Source: an uncultured bacterium (lineage in GTDB: Bacteria; Latescibacterota; UBA2968). From it: a stretch of DNA of 54,601 bases. Positions 1 to 9,539 of the stretch are shown one piece after another. The number at the start of each line of letters is the position of its first letter. The stretch's first letter is position 1. Position numbers and translations under genes: made by a program. The notes under the pieces are model-generated. The model ran no database searches. It was not told where the DNA came from and saw only the letters and a list, made by a program, of their open reading frames with translations. The stretch is taken from contig CAYYGZ010000003.1 of the NCBI GenBank assembly GCA_964471275.1, forward strand, positions 1 through 54,601, given 5' to 3'.

Positions 1-908
1 GAACTGGATGGGCACCTTTACTGGAGCATTCAAGACTACATACACCCAAAGGTGATTGACCTCTCTCGTCGGCTCAGCGAGAAATACGGCGTCCGACTCC
101 ACGAGGACTACCAGGAACGCTACGATCAGTGCTATCGCTGGCAGATCGAAGAGCACGGCAGTATCATCAACCCTAGCATGGACTGTCACGCAATGACTGA
201 GGTGAATGTCGAGACATACCGAACATCCAACTATACGCTCAGCTGTGCACAGGACTACCGNNNNNNNNNNTCTGGCAGGCAACTCTGGGTATCGATGCAG
301 TGATATTCAGCAACCATCCAGGTTCTGAGGATGAATCGTCGCGGCCCAACTTCTGGGCAGGCAATGGAATTATGCCTCGAGCTGCCCAGAGCCGGAACAC
401 ACTGGTTTGCATCCATCACATACCCCAGGACGATGACCATCCCTACTCACACACCTACTTCCCGCAAGATGCATTCGATGAGATCCTGGACGACCCACAC
501 TGGGTCTTCGCCCGGGTGGGCAACGCCTACGTGGCGCTCTTCACACAGCATCCCCATAGCTGGCTGCAGAACGATCTGCAGCAGGTTGAGATTCGTGTCG
601 ATGAGCCAGATTGTGTCTGGCTGTGCGAGATGGGATCGGGAGACGGGCGGGGAGGGTTTGCTGAATTCGTATCTGGAATCCGTGGCGCAGACATCGTGTG
701 CGATGGTCTGAATGTTCGCTACGACTCACCATCCCAGGGACTGATCACCTTCGGTTGGGATCGTCCTCTCATCGTGTCGGGGGACGAGGTCGCGCTTCGA
801 GGCTACAAGCGATTCGACAATCCCTTCTGTCAGTCTGAATTTGGCGATCGGAGTCTGACCATCCAGAACGGCACAACGGACATCACCCTCGATTTCGGAA
901 ATGACTGA
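1..908 (+). CDS. Conserved hypothetical protein, 5'-truncated by the window edge and interrupted by an N-gap
   Basis: Frame 1 is open from base 1 (ELDGHLYWSIQDY...YTLSCAQDYR) up to the gap at 261-270. After the gap another frame reads WQATLGIDAVIFSNHPG...RPNFWAGNGIMPR... to TGA at 906-908. ORFs 52..303 and 300..908 are therefore most likely one gene whose frame offset comes from the placeholder gap length. Confidence 0.7.
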
Positions 909-974
909 CGAGCGTCGAGCGCAACCCGGGACCCGTCTTGCGCTCCTTAAATCAAGGGAAGAGGAACTGACCAC

Positions 975-1859
975 GTGATCATCGACTCACACAATCATAC
1001 GTATTACCACGGTCTTGACGCCGACGGCGTCATCAGCGAAATGGATGCGTTCGGGATCGATATCTGCTGGCTCCTCACCTGGTATCTTCCCCCCTCCCAA
1101 CACGTACCGACCAGCCACCGTGTCTTCAATCCAGCCAACGCTCGTCCAGACGGCACACACGCCGGCGTCATTCTCGACGATGTATCAAGATCGCGTGACA
1201 GGTATCCCGACCGGTTCGTCGCTGGTTATTTTCCCTGTCCCACTGAGGGCGACCCCGCTGGTTTACTCGAAGCTGCTGTGAAAACACACGACATCCGTGT
1301 TTGCGGCGAGTGGAGCTACCGTACGGTGCTCGACGACCCACGCAGCGTAGAGACCTTCCAGGCTGCCGGGGAATTGGGTCTGCCCGTTGTCCTGCATATC
1401 GATACACCCTACCTCCGGGATGAAGTCGGCAACAGAGTCTACCAGGACATCTGGTATGGCGGCGAAATCGACTGTCTCGAGCGGGCCCTTGAGCAGTGTC
1501 CCGACACAACGATCATCGGTCACGCGCCAGGTTTCTGGCGACATATCAGCGGTGACGCCGACTCGGACCCGAAGACATATCCGGATGGCCCGATCACACC
1601 AAACGGTAGACTCTTCGACCTCTTCGGAAGGTTACCAAACCTGTGGGCCGACCTGTCTGCCGGATCGGGACTCACTGCCATGCGCCGGGATTCCGAACAC
1701 GCACACGAGTTCATCACGACCTATCAGGATCGACTGCTCTACGGCCGCGACGCCCCCGGCAATGAGCTGATGCTCTACCTGAACACCTTGGACTTGGGCG
1801 ATGGCGTCCGAGACAAGCTCTTCAGCAAGAACGCACTGAAGCTGGTACCGCTCGAGTAG
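975..1859 (+). CDS. Amidohydrolase family protein (amidohydrolase_2 TIM barrel)
   Basis: N-terminal IIDSHNH metal motif, LPVVLH, IIGHA, WADLSAGSG and RLLYGRD, ending in KLFSKNALKL; RBS-like GAGGA upstream of the GTG start. Confidence 0.85.
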   Translation: MIIDSHNHTYYHGLDADGVISEMDAFGIDICWLLTWYLPPSQHVPTSHRVFNPANARPDGTHAGVILDDVSRSRDRYPDRFVAGYFPCPTEGDPAGLLEAAVKTHDIRVCGEWSYRTVLDDPRSVETFQAAGELGLPVVLHIDTPYLRDEVGNRVYQDIWYGGEIDCLERALEQCPDTTIIGHAPGFWRHISGDADSDPKTYPDGPITPNGRLFDLFGRLPNLWADLSAGSGLTAMRRDSEHAHEFITTYQDRLLYGRDAPGNELMLYLNTLDLGDGVRDKLFSKNALKLVPLE

Positions 1860-1911
1860 ACCTATCGGTCAGCCAGATAGGTCACCCAATCACCGTCCCC
1901 TTCGAGGATCA

Positions 1912-3363
1912 ATGATGGCCAAGCCTAACCTGCTCTTCATCATGCCCGATCAGCTCAGGGCAGACTTCCTGAGCTGCTACGGCGCCGGCTTCATCGAAAC
2001 ACCCCACATCGACAGCCTGTGCGATCAGGGCGTCCGGTATGCGAGGGCGATCGCACCCTCCCCGGTCTGCGTTCCCATGCGATCTACTCTGCTCACCGGG
2101 CTCAATGCGATACGTACCGGTGTCATGGGCAACGAGCAGTATCTGCGACCGGACCTCGAGGCTTGCGGGATCGATACCTGGCCGGCAATGCTTGCAGCAA
2201 CGGGCTACCGGACCAGCGCAATCGGCAAGATGCATTTCTACCCGTGGGAAGCATCCATGGGATTTGAAGATCGGATCATATGCGAAGACAAGCGTTGGAT
2301 CAACATCGAGGACGACTACCAGAAGTACCTCAAGACGAAGGGGACGCGGAAGCTACACGGCAACGAGCACGCAGGATACCAGGAGAACCGGGGTGCCATC
2401 GTCCATCAACACGCTTTCGAGGATTCGTGGGATGGATTCGTTGGAAACGAAGCGGCCAGCTATATCGCCCAGTATCAAGACGATCGGCCGTTTGCGATGA
2501 TGGTCGGATTCCCGGGCCCACACTGTCCTTACGACCCATCGCCTGAGTACGCAGAGCGTTACCGCCCCGAGGACATGCCCGCCCCCTACCCCATCGCCGC
2601 CGATCAACCTGACACCTTCATCAACGGCAATGTCAAAGGCAATCTCGGGACGTGGAATGGCGTTGACTATACGGAATTCACCGACGCGCACAAGGCTCGG
2701 ATCCGAGCGCATTACGCCGGACTGGTCAAGGGGATTGACGACAAAGTCGGCAAGATCATCGATGCCCTGAAGTCGTCCGGTAGATACGAAAACACGATCA
2801 TCATCTTCTGTAGCGATCACGGCGACTGTCTCGGGGACCACGGCCTGATCGGCAAAGGTACATACTATGAATCGAGTACCAAGGTACCGCTGATCGTCCG
2901 GAATCCGACGATGAACGAAAGCATCGTGCACCAGGCACCTGCGACTATCATGGACATCACGTCGACGCTGCTTCATTATGGCGGCTGCAAGACACCGGGC
3001 TACATGGATTCACGACCACTTGCCGACCTCGGCATACACGACAGCGTGGCGCGCGATCGCGTATACGGATTTGTTTCCGGCGGGTCGATGAACTACGAGG
3101 GAACGTGGAAACTTGCGCGCTACACAAACGGATATGGGGTGCTCTTCAACATCGATGAGGATCCCGCAGAGCAGAATAACCGGATCGATGATCCCGATTG
3201 CCAGGAAATGTGCAGCCGTCTGGACGTCGAGTTGAACGCGCGCCTCGTTCGATCGATCAACCTGGCGCACGCAGAGAAGAACCACAACACCTCCTGGGAG
3301 GACCTGACCTTCTGTCAGGGCGAGGGTGGTTGGCACCGGGTCTATCCACAACCGATCGGTTAG
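1912..3363 (+). CDS. Sulfatase (Cys-type, formylglycine-dependent)
   Basis: KPNLLFIMPDQLR, CVPMR (CxPxR), GKMH, GPHCPY, SDHGD and VPLIVR motifs. Confidence 0.92.
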   Translation: MMAKPNLLFIMPDQLRADFLSCYGAGFIETPHIDSLCDQGVRYARAIAPSPVCVPMRSTLLTGLNAIRTGVMGNEQYLRPDLEACGIDTWPAMLAATGYRTSAIGKMHFYPWEASMGFEDRIICEDKRWINIEDDYQKYLKTKGTRKLHGNEHAGYQENRGAIVHQHAFEDSWDGFVGNEAASYIAQYQDDRPFAMMVGFPGPHCPYDPSPEYAERYRPEDMPAPYPIAADQPDTFINGNVKGNLGTWNGVDYTEFTDAHKARIRAHYAGLVKGIDDKVGKIIDALKSSGRYENTIIIFCSDHGDCLGDHGLIGKGTYYESSTKVPLIVRNPTMNESIVHQAPATIMDITSTLLHYGGCKTPGYMDSRPLADLGIHDSVARDRVYGFVSGGSMNYEGTWKLARYTNGYGVLFNIDEDPAEQNNRIDDPDCQEMCSRLDVELNARLVRSINLAHAEKNHNTSWEDLTFCQGEGGWHRVYPQPIG

Positions 3364-3388
3364 AACGTTAGAACCGGATTGAGCTCCC

Positions 3389-4627
3389 ATGCGAAACGAC
3401 TACGAAATCAAATCCATCACACGGACGGTACTCTGTATCCCGTTCCACGAACGCTGCAGGCTCGTGAAGACCACTCGCGTCAATGGGTGGTCGATGATCG
3501 ATCTGTATCGCGTTGTCTCGAAGTCCGGCGTAGAGGGGATCGGCGAGAACCTCGCCCTCTACGGCTCGCCGGTTTCGGGAGAAAGTGACTTCGACCGGAT
3601 CATCGGTAGAAACGTCTTTGACCTGCTCCACGATGATACGCTTGGTGCGGGGATTCAGATGGCCCTCTATGATCTCGCCGGAAGGCTCGTCGACCTGCCC
3701 TGTCACCGCCTGCTGGGTGAGCAAGCTCGCGATGCGTGTCCAGTTTCGTGGTGGGCACAGGACATGAAACCCGAGGAATGGGCCGCAGAGGCAAAGCTCG
3801 CCGAGTCACTGGGCTTCACCTCCATGAAAGCGAAGGCTCGTCCCTGGTTCGACATCGATCAGCAGCTGGAGGCCGTCTGCGCCACCGTTTCACCACACTT
3901 CAAGTTTGACGTCGACTTCAACGGTCTGCTGTTGGGTGTCGACCACGCAGCGCCCCTGATTCAGAAGATCGAATCGAGGCACGCGAACCTGGCGATCGTC
4001 GAATCTCCTATCCCCCAGGTCGACATTTCCGGAAATGTGATGCTCCGTCGCAAGATCAGCACACCGATCTCTATGCATTTCGGATCGCCACCCGCGCCGA
4101 CGGCCGTCAGAGAAGGTGTGTGTGATGGGTTCGTCATCAGCGGCGGAGCGTCGAGAGTCCGGAGCCAGGCGAACTTCGCTCAACACCACGGCATGCCTTT
4201 CTGGCTCCAGTTGGTAGGAACGGGATTGACGACGATCTGGTCTGTGCACCTGGGTGCAGTCCTCAAGATGGCCCGATGGCCCTACATCCCGTGCATCAAC
4301 ATCTACGAACACCCACTCGTCGAGGAATTCACGATATCAGGCGGATACGTTCCGGTTCCCGAGGCACCGGGCTTGGGTATCACGATCAGCGAGGATGCAA
4401 TCGAACGGTATCATGTCGAAAAGGACTACATAAAACCCGACCCACGTCAGATCCACACGATTCACTGGCCAGACGGTCGCGATACCCACCACGCGAACGG
4501 AGACTATCGTCAGGATTTTCTAGAAGGGAAGCTTCCGGGCTTTCTGCCGGGCATCTCCCTGGACCGTCGCATCGACGACGGGTCTGATGATTTCGATCGC
4601 CACTACCGTGATCTGTTCGGGTCCTGA
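3389..4627 (+). CDS. Enolase-superfamily (mandelate racemase / muconate lactonizing enzyme-like) protein
   Basis: GVEGIGE and QMALYDLAGR...LLG capping domain, KAK catalytic motif, DVDFN and VESP metal ligands, VPEAPGLG near the C-terminus. Confidence 0.85.
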   Translation: MRNDYEIKSITRTVLCIPFHERCRLVKTTRVNGWSMIDLYRVVSKSGVEGIGENLALYGSPVSGESDFDRIIGRNVFDLLHDDTLGAGIQMALYDLAGRLVDLPCHRLLGEQARDACPVSWWAQDMKPEEWAAEAKLAESLGFTSMKAKARPWFDIDQQLEAVCATVSPHFKFDVDFNGLLLGVDHAAPLIQKIESRHANLAIVESPIPQVDISGNVMLRRKISTPISMHFGSPPAPTAVREGVCDGFVISGGASRVRSQANFAQHHGMPFWLQLVGTGLTTIWSVHLGAVLKMARWPYIPCINIYEHPLVEEFTISGGYVPVPEAPGLGITISEDAIERYHVEKDYIKPDPRQIHTIHWPDGRDTHHANGDYRQDFLEGKLPGFLPGISLDRRIDDGSDDFDRHYRDLFGS

Positions 4628-4631
4628 ATAC

Positions 4632-5093
4632 GTGTCCGAGCGCCCCAAATTGAACTTTCCCTCGAGCTCGTTCGAGATGCGTGATCAAGATGGTACCACC
4701 GAAATACTCGACTCCATACGTAAGCAGTGGCTCGTTCTGACACCTGAAGAATGGGTCAGGCAACACACAGTTCGTTACCTGAACGAGCACCTGGGTTACC
4801 CGGCCGGTCTGACAGCCATTGAGAAGGGCTTCTATCTGAACGGGATCCCGTATCGAGCCGATATCGTGTGCTACGATCGATCAGGAGCAGCCCTGCTGGC
4901 TGTGGAGTGTAAGGCTCCGGAGGTCAAGTTGGGGCAGATGACGTTCGATCAGATCGGGCAGTACAACAAGGTTATTCTGGCGAAGTATCTCGTCGTCACG
5001 AATGGTCTGACCCACTACTGTGTCGCTTCGGATCTGAACCAGGGCCAGTGGCGGCAGATGGGAAGGATCCCGGAGCACTCGGCAGATCGCTGA
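4632..5093 (+). CDS. Type I restriction enzyme HsdR N-terminal-like domain protein (stand-alone)
   Basis: LTPEEWVRQ, RADIVCY...AVECKAPEV (PD-(D/E)xK-like), FDQIGQYN and LVVTNGLTHY. Start placed at the in-frame GTG 4632, just after the upstream stop. Confidence 0.85.
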   Translation: MSERPKLNFPSSSFEMRDQDGTTEILDSIRKQWLVLTPEEWVRQHTVRYLNEHLGYPAGLTAIEKGFYLNGIPYRADIVCYDRSGAALLAVECKAPEVKLGQMTFDQIGQYNKVILAKYLVVTNGLTHYCVASDLNQGQWRQMGRIPEHSADR

Positions 5094-5308
5094 TCTTCGA
5101 CCTTACCCCGAAAGGGTCACCACGGAGCTTCCGGAAGCAAACAGCACCGTTTCCAGACTCGGATTTTGGGGGGACACCCGTTGGCCTGACGGACTATCGG
5201 TATGCGAACCGTCTCTGAAGTCGAATGCAATGTTGCGATCACTAACAATCTTGAGGGTCGGATATCCATGGACTGGCTTCACGAACGCTACGTCAACCGG
5301 GAGAACAC

Positions 5309-6280
5309 GTGAGCGTCGACGCATACTGTCACGTCGGTCTCCCACGTTTCGGCAGCCTTGCGAACGCAGTGGCGGTGGCAAAACTGTTCGGCATAAAGCA
5401 GTCTGTCCTCGTCCTTGGACCGGCTGTCCCGGACTACGAGACGCTCTTCCGAGCGATCTCACAACATCCGGACCGGATCCGAGGAATCGGCATTCCTTTC
5501 GGTCAGAATGAACGGCAGCAGATCGAGATCGCCGAAATCCAGGTTCGTGCAGGTCTGATGGGTCTAAGGCTGAGCGGCACTGAAATCCTCGCCTACCCGA
5601 TCGTGACAGAACTGCTGGGGCTGACCGGCCGATGGATCTATGCGGTCAGCATTATCAACGATCCGCTTGCCGTGGAGGAGCTGATCCAATGGCTGGACAA
5701 CTACCCCAGCTGTCGGGTTGCTGCGCCGCACTTCCTCCGACCGGACACTGACACGATCGAATCACCGCTTTCTGACCTGATCCGACATCCACGCTTCCAC
5801 CCAATCTTCTCCCGTCAAGGTGGACTTGGAAGTCGGCACGCTTATCCTCACACCGATTTGAAGCCCTGGATCGAGTCGGTCGTGTCACTGTGCGGATGGG
5901 ACAGCACGATGTTCGGTAGCGAATATCCCGTCATCTACTGGCGGGATGAGACGGTGCAGTCGTGCCTGGATTGGGTTCACGAGATCGGGGTTGAGGCATC
6001 CACCGAAGACATCACAGGCTTTCTGGGTGAGACTGCGAGCAAACTCCTGTTCAGCAGGCCGGGACCTGAGCGTGAGCCTGTTGAGATTCCGGACTGGGTA
6101 GACGATCAGTTCGATCGATCGAGAAAGATCTCCCTGTTTGAGCCAGACACAATCGAAACGGAAATGTCCGATTTTCCAAAACAGCTCGATGCATATGTCA
6201 AGCGGCTCGCGACAGATCAACTCCTATCCTTCAAGACATTCTATACCACAGACGTAGATCCCGATCGGAGCGTCATTTGA
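5309..6280 (+). CDS. Amidohydrolase-like protein
   Basis: 323 aa; VDAYCH at the N-terminus and GWDSTMFGSEYP near the C-terminus; GGGAG RBS; overlaps the next gene (TTGA). Confidence 0.65.
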   Translation: MSVDAYCHVGLPRFGSLANAVAVAKLFGIKQSVLVLGPAVPDYETLFRAISQHPDRIRGIGIPFGQNERQQIEIAEIQVRAGLMGLRLSGTEILAYPIVTELLGLTGRWIYAVSIINDPLAVEELIQWLDNYPSCRVAAPHFLRPDTDTIESPLSDLIRHPRFHPIFSRQGGLGSRHAYPHTDLKPWIESVVSLCGWDSTMFGSEYPVIYWRDETVQSCLDWVHEIGVEASTEDITGFLGETASKLLFSRPGPEREPVEIPDWVDDQFDRSRKISLFEPDTIETEMSDFPKQLDAYVKRLATDQLLSFKTFYTTDVDPDRSVI

Positions 6281-7020
6281 AGAAGAAGAAGATTTCGATA
6301 GGCCGTGACTTCATGAGACGGACTCAGTTTAAGCTCATGGACCCGAGCGATCAGCAGCTGAACAGACCGGGGCCACCAAGCTTCTATCCCCCCCATCCAT
6401 CGCTGCCTCTGATCGACTTGCCCGATCCACAGACCGTCGAGCTGACGGACATCTCACTCCGCAGGGCGATCGACGACCGTAAGTCTGAGCGCGAATTCCT
6501 GCTTGACAGGTCCCTGACTCTGGCCGAGCTCTCCTATTTGCTCTGGGCGACACAGGGCGTCAGGGAAGCTGACCAGCACGATGCATTCAAAACAGTACCG
6601 TCAGCCGGTGCAAGACATCCCTTCGAGACGTTCATCCTGCCAAATCGCGTTGAAGGCCTTGACGTAGGCCTGTACCGCTACGTCGGTCCGGAGCACAAGA
6701 TTCAGAGCCTGAACGCACCGGACGGTATCAGCGAATTGATCGCCGCAACCAATCTGCAACCTGAGCTCATACAGAACAGTGCCGTCACCTTCATCTGGTC
6801 TGCCGTGACTTACCGGACAACCTGGCGCTACGGCGACAGGGGCTATCGGTATATTCATCTCGAGGCAGGTCACATCGGACAGAATCTGTATCTCGCCGCG
6901 CAGGCGGCTGGCTGTGGTGTCTGCTGCACGGCCGCCTTCAATGATGATGACCTGAATCGCGTCCTGGGTCTTGACGGTGCCGATCACTTCGCAGTGTATA
7001 TGGGCACCCTTGGAAAGTAA
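6277..7020 (+). CDS. SagB/ThcOx-type nitroreductase-family (FMN-dependent) dehydrogenase
   Basis: RKSEREF, LSYLLWATQG, TVPSAGARHPFE, RYGDRGYRYIHLEAGHIGQNLYL and AFNDD motifs. Confidence 0.9.
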   Translation: MKKKKISIGRDFMRRTQFKLMDPSDQQLNRPGPPSFYPPHPSLPLIDLPDPQTVELTDISLRRAIDDRKSEREFLLDRSLTLAELSYLLWATQGVREADQHDAFKTVPSAGARHPFETFILPNRVEGLDVGLYRYVGPEHKIQSLNAPDGISELIAATNLQPELIQNSAVTFIWSAVTYRTTWRYGDRGYRYIHLEAGHIGQNLYLAAQAAGCGVCCTAAFNDDDLNRVLGLDGADHFAVYMGTLGK

Positions 7021-7283
7021 CCCTTATCATCCAGAGTAGCGGCCGCCAGCCAGTCACTGTGGTGGGCAATCAGCTCGACGAGCCCACACCCTCCGGGCTC
7101 TGGCCGTCAGACCACGCAGGTGTTGTCACCTCCTTTTCAACCCCCTGACCGCCGCATCCGGTCTCCTACGCCTGCCAGTTTGGCGGATTACGCCAGGGCA
7201 TCACAGACTCCCCGTTGCCATGAGTGTCCATATCTTATTGTTTTTGCTTAGATTAAGTCAGACATTGGACTCCATTTCTGGAT

Positions 7284-7298
7284 TGGCATTGCAGTTGC
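7284..7298 (+). promoter_or_regulatory. Putative sigma54 (-24/-12) promoter
   Basis: TGGCATTGCAGTTGC has GG-N10-GC spacing and matches TGGCAC-N5-TTGC at all but one position. It follows an AT-rich tract (7231-7260) and precedes a GGAG RBS (7328-7331) and GTG (7338). Confidence 0.6.
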
Positions 7299-7337
7299 GA
7301 TATGGGGAACCGTCAATCAAAAAACGTGGAGTCTATC

Positions 7338-7698
7338 GTGACAGCAGATAAGCAGAACAACAATGAAACGGTCGTTCTGGAAGTGACGAGCCAGTTGTAT
7401 TCCAAGCGAGACCGTGACCGGCTCCACTCGGAGCTGCAGGAGAAGATCGAGAAACGGGGATTCAGCAAAGTCGTGTTGGACTTCACCCGGGCACGCTGGT
7501 TCGGTGCACCAATTCTGGATGAGCTCGTTGTCGCAGAGCAGATGCTTCAGAAGCGGGGGGGGGGGTGAGTTGAGACTGGTTGGATCACCCAAGATCGACC
7601 GGATATTAACAGCCGCACGCGTGGACCGGGTCAAACTGTTTGCCAACGTTCAAAGTGCCCTTTCGGGTTTCGGGCGCCCGTTCTGCGCTGCGGCATAA
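7338..7698 (+). pseudogene. STAS-domain (anti-sigma factor antagonist-like) gene frameshifted in a G11 tract
   Basis: The first frame reads TVVLEVTSQL...KVVLDFTRARWFGAPILDELVVAEQMLQKRGG and stops at TGA 7566-7568. The adjacent frame continues ELRLVGSPKIDRILTAARVDRVKLFANVQSAL to TAA at 7698. The junction is a run of 11 G at 7555-7565; G10 or G7 would give one STAS-like ORF. Confidence 0.75.
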
Positions 7699-7768
7699 CT
7701 CAGCAACAGTAGTTCGGCACTCGGGGTTACCGAGTCACAATCGGACGACCAGGGGTGGTCCATCCGGA

Positions 7769-8878
7769 TCACCCCTTCGACACGTCCACCCCCACCACCT
7801 CCGCCAAACTCCCCACCCCATCCTGGTCCATCAAGGCACACAATCCCTCGTTGATCCGCTTCATCACCCACGGACCTTCATACACCAACGCCGTAAGCAG
7901 CTGCACAAGCGACGCTCCCAGTCGAATCTTCCGATACACATCAGCTGCGGTCGACACTCCTCCCGCGCCGATGATCCGGTATCGGCTCCGATCCATCCGA
8001 GAATACAGACTGCTGATCTTGTCATTCATCTGCGACTCGACAGGCTTGCCCGCCAGAGCCCCAGGCAGGTTTCGCCACTCGCCTTCGAGCGTCCGCAGAT
8101 CCGAATGAACACCGGGTGCGAGGTTGTAGATGAACCCGCTGACAAACGGGAAGGCATCCACGACCTGTAGAAGCGCGTCGATCGTCGCCACGCCACCCAG
8201 TGGAGAGATCTTCAGGAAAACGGGACGACTGATCGGCGTATCAGACAGGGCGGTGAGTAACAGACGGGTGTGTTCCGCGTCCACAAAAAAATCGCGACCG
8301 TCCCCTGTGTTGGGGCAGCTCAGATTCAGCACTAGATAGTCCGCGCAATCGTGCAGAACCCTCACTGCCCGTACATACTCATCGATGATCTCGTCGGCGG
8401 ATTCGGCTGGTGCAGCGATACCTCGATTCGTTTTGACGATGTTCACACCGACGGGGACGTCGGTTGACCGTCCACTGATCCGATCGTGAACAGCGGCGGC
8501 CCCATCGTTCTGCAGACCGTAGTGCACGATGATTGCATCGTCATCTGGAAGCCTGAAGAGTCTCGGCCTGGGATTACCCTCAGACGGATCAATCGACACG
8601 GAACCGAGCTCGATATGCCCAAACCCAAGTGACGCAAGTCCGTCAACCGCTCGCCCGCTCTTGTCATAGCCCGCAGCCAACCCAACCGGATTGTCAAAGG
8701 AGAGACGACCCACGTCTACCCTGAGCCGGTCATCTCTCACAGCCGTATATTTGGTCAAGGCCGAATGGATGAACGCTAGGTCTTGTGTACGGGAAGACAG
8801 ATCGATCGCCAAATCGTGTGCATGTTCTGCATCGAGGCGAAAGAGGACGGGACGTATCAGATGTTTGTAGATATTCAA
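7769..8878 (-). CDS. pyrD: Dihydroorotate dehydrogenase (quinone-dependent, class 2)
   Basis: LFRLDAEHAH, NPVGLAAGYDK, GNPRPRLFRL, GVNIVKTN, LNLSCPNT, FLKISP, IIGAGGV and GASLVQLLTALVYEGP motifs. Confidence 0.92.
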   Translation of the reverse strand: MNIYKHLIRPVLFRLDAEHAHDLAIDLSSRTQDLAFIHSALTKYTAVRDDRLRVDVGRLSFDNPVGLAAGYDKSGRAVDGLASLGFGHIELGSVSIDPSEGNPRPRLFRLPDDDAIIVHYGLQNDGAAAVHDRISGRSTDVPVGVNIVKTNRGIAAPAESADEIIDEYVRAVRVLHDCADYLVLNLSCPNTGDGRDFFVDAEHTRLLLTALSDTPISRPVFLKISPLGGVATIDALLQVVDAFPFVSGFIYNLAPGVHSDLRTLEGEWRNLPGALAGKPVESQMNDKISSLYSRMDRSRYRIIGAGGVSTAADVYRKIRLGASLVQLLTALVYEGPWVMKRINEGLCALMDQDGVGSLAEVVGVDVSKG

Positions 8879-8900
8879 GAGAGACCTGAGAGGACGCGGT

Positions 8901-9308
8901 ATGGATATACAGAGAGCAATCGACCAGTTTCTTTCGGCTCCGGTATTCGCAATTTCCGGAGCATCTCAGAACCGATCAAAATACGGCAATAAGGTGCTTC
9001 GCTGCTACCTGCAGAATGGCCGCAAAGCCATTCCCGTCAACCCCGGCTGTCACACAGTGGAGGATCAGCCCTGCTTTGCCAGTCTCAGCGACATCAACGA
9101 GCCGATCCAATCGTTGTCTGTGATAACCTCTCCCCACATCACCGATGGAATCGTCTCTGAGGCGATCGAGAAGGGCATCCAGAACATCTGGATGCAACCC
9201 GGGGCAGAGAGCATAACCGCAGTAGAACTGGCGCGAGCCGCCGGTCTGAACGTTATCTCAGGTGGCCCCTGCGTGTTTGTTGTCCTGGGCTACAGCGAAC
9301 AACAGTGA
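8901..9308 (+). CDS. CoA-binding protein (YccU-like)
   Basis: AISGASQNRSKYG, IPVNP, IWMQPGAES and a GPC motif near the C-terminus; GAGGA RBS. Confidence 0.88.
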   Translation: MDIQRAIDQFLSAPVFAISGASQNRSKYGNKVLRCYLQNGRKAIPVNPGCHTVEDQPCFASLSDINEPIQSLSVITSPHITDGIVSEAIEKGIQNIWMQPGAESITAVELARAAGLNVISGGPCVFVVLGYSEQQ

Positions 9309-9539
9309 CCTTCCGACCTGAACGATACACAACCTGGTCATTCCAAGGCTTGCCGAGGAACCCATACGCAAATCAGCCCACCTCCCCAATACCCGAGACA
9401 GCTAGCTTCGATATTTCCATTCCCCCGTCGCGCCTCCTCCTCCCGAGACATCTCCTACGGTCCGCCTCACATCGCCTCGAGCGCAGCAGGAGGTCTTGCT
9501 TATCCGCGCTACGCCCTGCCCCTTGCGCCTCCGCCTCTC

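Noticed and set aside
261..270. Frame changes at 261-270 and 12293-12302 as pseudogene lesions
   Set aside because: They coincide with 10-N scaffold placeholders of unknown true length, so they were not counted as lesions.
6277..7020. Azole-containing RiPP cluster around the SagB/ThcOx-like gene
   Set aside because: No YcaO, E1-like protein, transporter or Cys/Ser/Thr-rich precursor nearby; stand-alone members of this family are common.
7021..7110. SAM-I riboswitch-like start (CTTATCA...AGAG)
   Set aside because: The downstream conserved elements (GGCAACC, GGTGC, AAGATGAG) are missing, and it does not precede a sulfur or methionine gene.
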